Source: an uncultured Oscillospiraceae bacterium (GTDB taxonomy: Bacteria > Bacillota > Clostridia > RUG12999). Taken from it: a stretch of DNA of 60,126 bases. Below are positions 59,564-60,126 of the stretch, in pieces (position 1 is the first letter of the stretch; each line of letters opens with the position of its first letter). The translations under genes and the position numbers were made by a program. The notes beneath the pieces are model-generated. The model was given only the letters and a program-made list of their open reading frames with translations, was not told the origin of the DNA and did no database searches. Location of the stretch: positions 1 through 60,126 of the forward strand of contig CAYQKW010000007.1 of assembly GCA_964418245.1 (NCBI GenBank), read 5' to 3'.

Positions 59564-60052
59564 TTAAAGATTTTCGGGCATTTTTATGCATTTTGCCAAA
59601 ATCACGGCAATAACCGCCGAAATCAACCCTTGAATACAATTTGACGGTATACCGACGGCGGCACCGATTCCAAGCCCGAGAACAGCACACTCGTAAAGAA
59701 AATATCCAAAAGCCATAAGTATTTCCGCAATAACGGCGGCAAAAGCAAGAACGACTGTTTTTTTGCTTTTTGAAAGTATTGCACCGCACACGGCGCCCAT
59801 GACGAATTTTATAACAAACGTTGCCGGAGCATATGACGCATATCCGCCGATAATATCCGAAAGGCATGAGCCTATGCCGCCTGCAATTGCTCCGAACAGC
59901 GGTCCGAGTGCGAGCGATGCAAGTATAACGGCGGCATCCCCGATGTTTACATATCCGTTGGTGGGGGTTGGAACTTTTATTATGTATGTGGCGGCAAAAA
60001 CAATTGCCGCAAACAGTGAAGTATAAACGATTTTTCTTGTACCGATTTTCAT
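59564..60052 (-). CDS. ECF transporter S component
   Basis: P.P..GYVNIGD, GIGS.LSD, YAP.TF.IK, N..Q motifs. Confidence 0.85.
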   Translation of the reverse strand: MKIGTRKIVYTSLFAAIVFAATYIIKVPTPTNGYVNIGDAAVILASLALGPLFGAIAGGIGSCLSDIIGGYASYAPATFVIKFVMGAVCGAILSKSKKTVVLAFAAVIAEILMAFGYFLYECAVLGLGIGAAVGIPSNCIQGLISAVIAVILAKCIKMPENL

Positions 60053-60126
60053 GGTTATTAATTCCTTTCTTTAATGCACGAAAGTGCAATTCATGAGCCG
60101 CAAGGTTCATTTCACGAAACCGCAGG

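Noticed and set aside
59466-60110. 214-aa minus-strand ORF over the ECF S component
   Set aside because: Alternative frame with Arg/Cys-rich non-protein-like composition; its first codons could belong to a gene beyond the window edge.
1-60126. CRISPR array or rRNA genes
   Set aside because: No regularly spaced direct repeats, cas genes or rRNA-like sequence observed.

Overview
A ~60 kb chromosomal segment from a spore-forming Clostridia-type firmicute (bofA, spoVAC, SLH proteins, mtrB-pfkA-pyk, addAB). Most of it is housekeeping: ileS, pfkA/pyk, uvrC, rpmE, trxB, recO, tRNA-Arg(CCT), tgt, addBA, ilvE, tig-clpP-clpX, murJ/plsY/der and rpmF. The standout is an ~8.4 kb accessory island (50.2-58.7 kb) between yceD and a thiT-like gene. 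It carries a WYL regulator, a YkfA/YeeP-type GTPase with a palindromic upstream site, and a tightly packed operon. That operon encodes a TerB-like protein, a helical protein, a putative nuclease-fold/multi-TM protein, four small mutually related proteins and an AAA+ ATPase. I do not recognise this combination as a described system; a defence or conflict role is inferred. Also seen: a decayed type II restriction-modification locus, GTAG-type REP elements, a structured ~90 nt leader RNA, a TRAP homologue with altered Trp-pocket residues, and a YqzL-like ORF missing from the ORF track. All family calls come from reading motifs by eye; no database searches were run.
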